Source of the DNA: a virus
Lineage: Duplodnaviria; Caudoviricetes
Virus record (IMG/VR): IMGVR_UViG_3300030101_004884
Coordinates: 1-53,289 of that record
Direction: 5' to 3' (one strand)
Length of the DNA stretch: 53,289 nucleotides
The position numbers were made by a program, and so were the translations under genes. This document shows, piece after piece, positions 53,257-53,289 of the stretch (the first letter of the stretch is position 1; every line of letters starts with the position of its first letter). The notes beneath the pieces were generated by a model. It searched no databases, was not told the origin of the DNA, and worked only from the letters and a program-made list of their open reading frames with translations.

Positions 53257-53289
53257 GATGCTACCCCTTTAATGTTTTGAGCGATTTCT
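53191..53289. repeat. 99-bp terminal overlap, copy of 1..99
   Basis: Exact identity with 1..99. Confidence 0.97.

Overview
The window is a complete, circularly assembled genome of a tailed dsDNA phage with siphovirus-type morphogenesis genes. It is 53,190 bp plus a 99-bp end overlap (1..99 = 53191..53289). A minus-strand arm of small early/accessory genes runs from 43.7 kb across the junction to 1.2 kb and includes a FliA/WhiG-like sigma factor, a DOT1-like methyltransferase and a papain-like protease. A structured control region follows (1.2-5.15 kb). The plus strand then carries a dual-frame C5 methyltransferase, terminase, portal, a multidomain XkdF protease, capsid, neck, duplicated tail-tube and Dit-like genes, tape measure, lysis, YqaJ/RecT recombination, helicase, primase-DUF927, SSB, an N-methyltransferase and RuvC. 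I recognised no integrase, repressor, DNA polymerase or CRISPR array. The most unusual part is 1.9-5.15 kb. There a four-gene operon with roughly 5-fold GATC enrichment is bracketed on the left by nine tandem GYCA-N6-TGRC palindromes lying between two convergent sigma54 sites, and on the right by a 30-unit CGT(T/C) microsatellite and five packed sigma54 sites. A cluster of candidate small RNAs with C-rich loops comes next, and a D-armless tRNA-like element with an anti-Shine-Dalgarno loop sits at 21.6 kb. All family assignments are motif recognition by eye, and all counts are hand counts.
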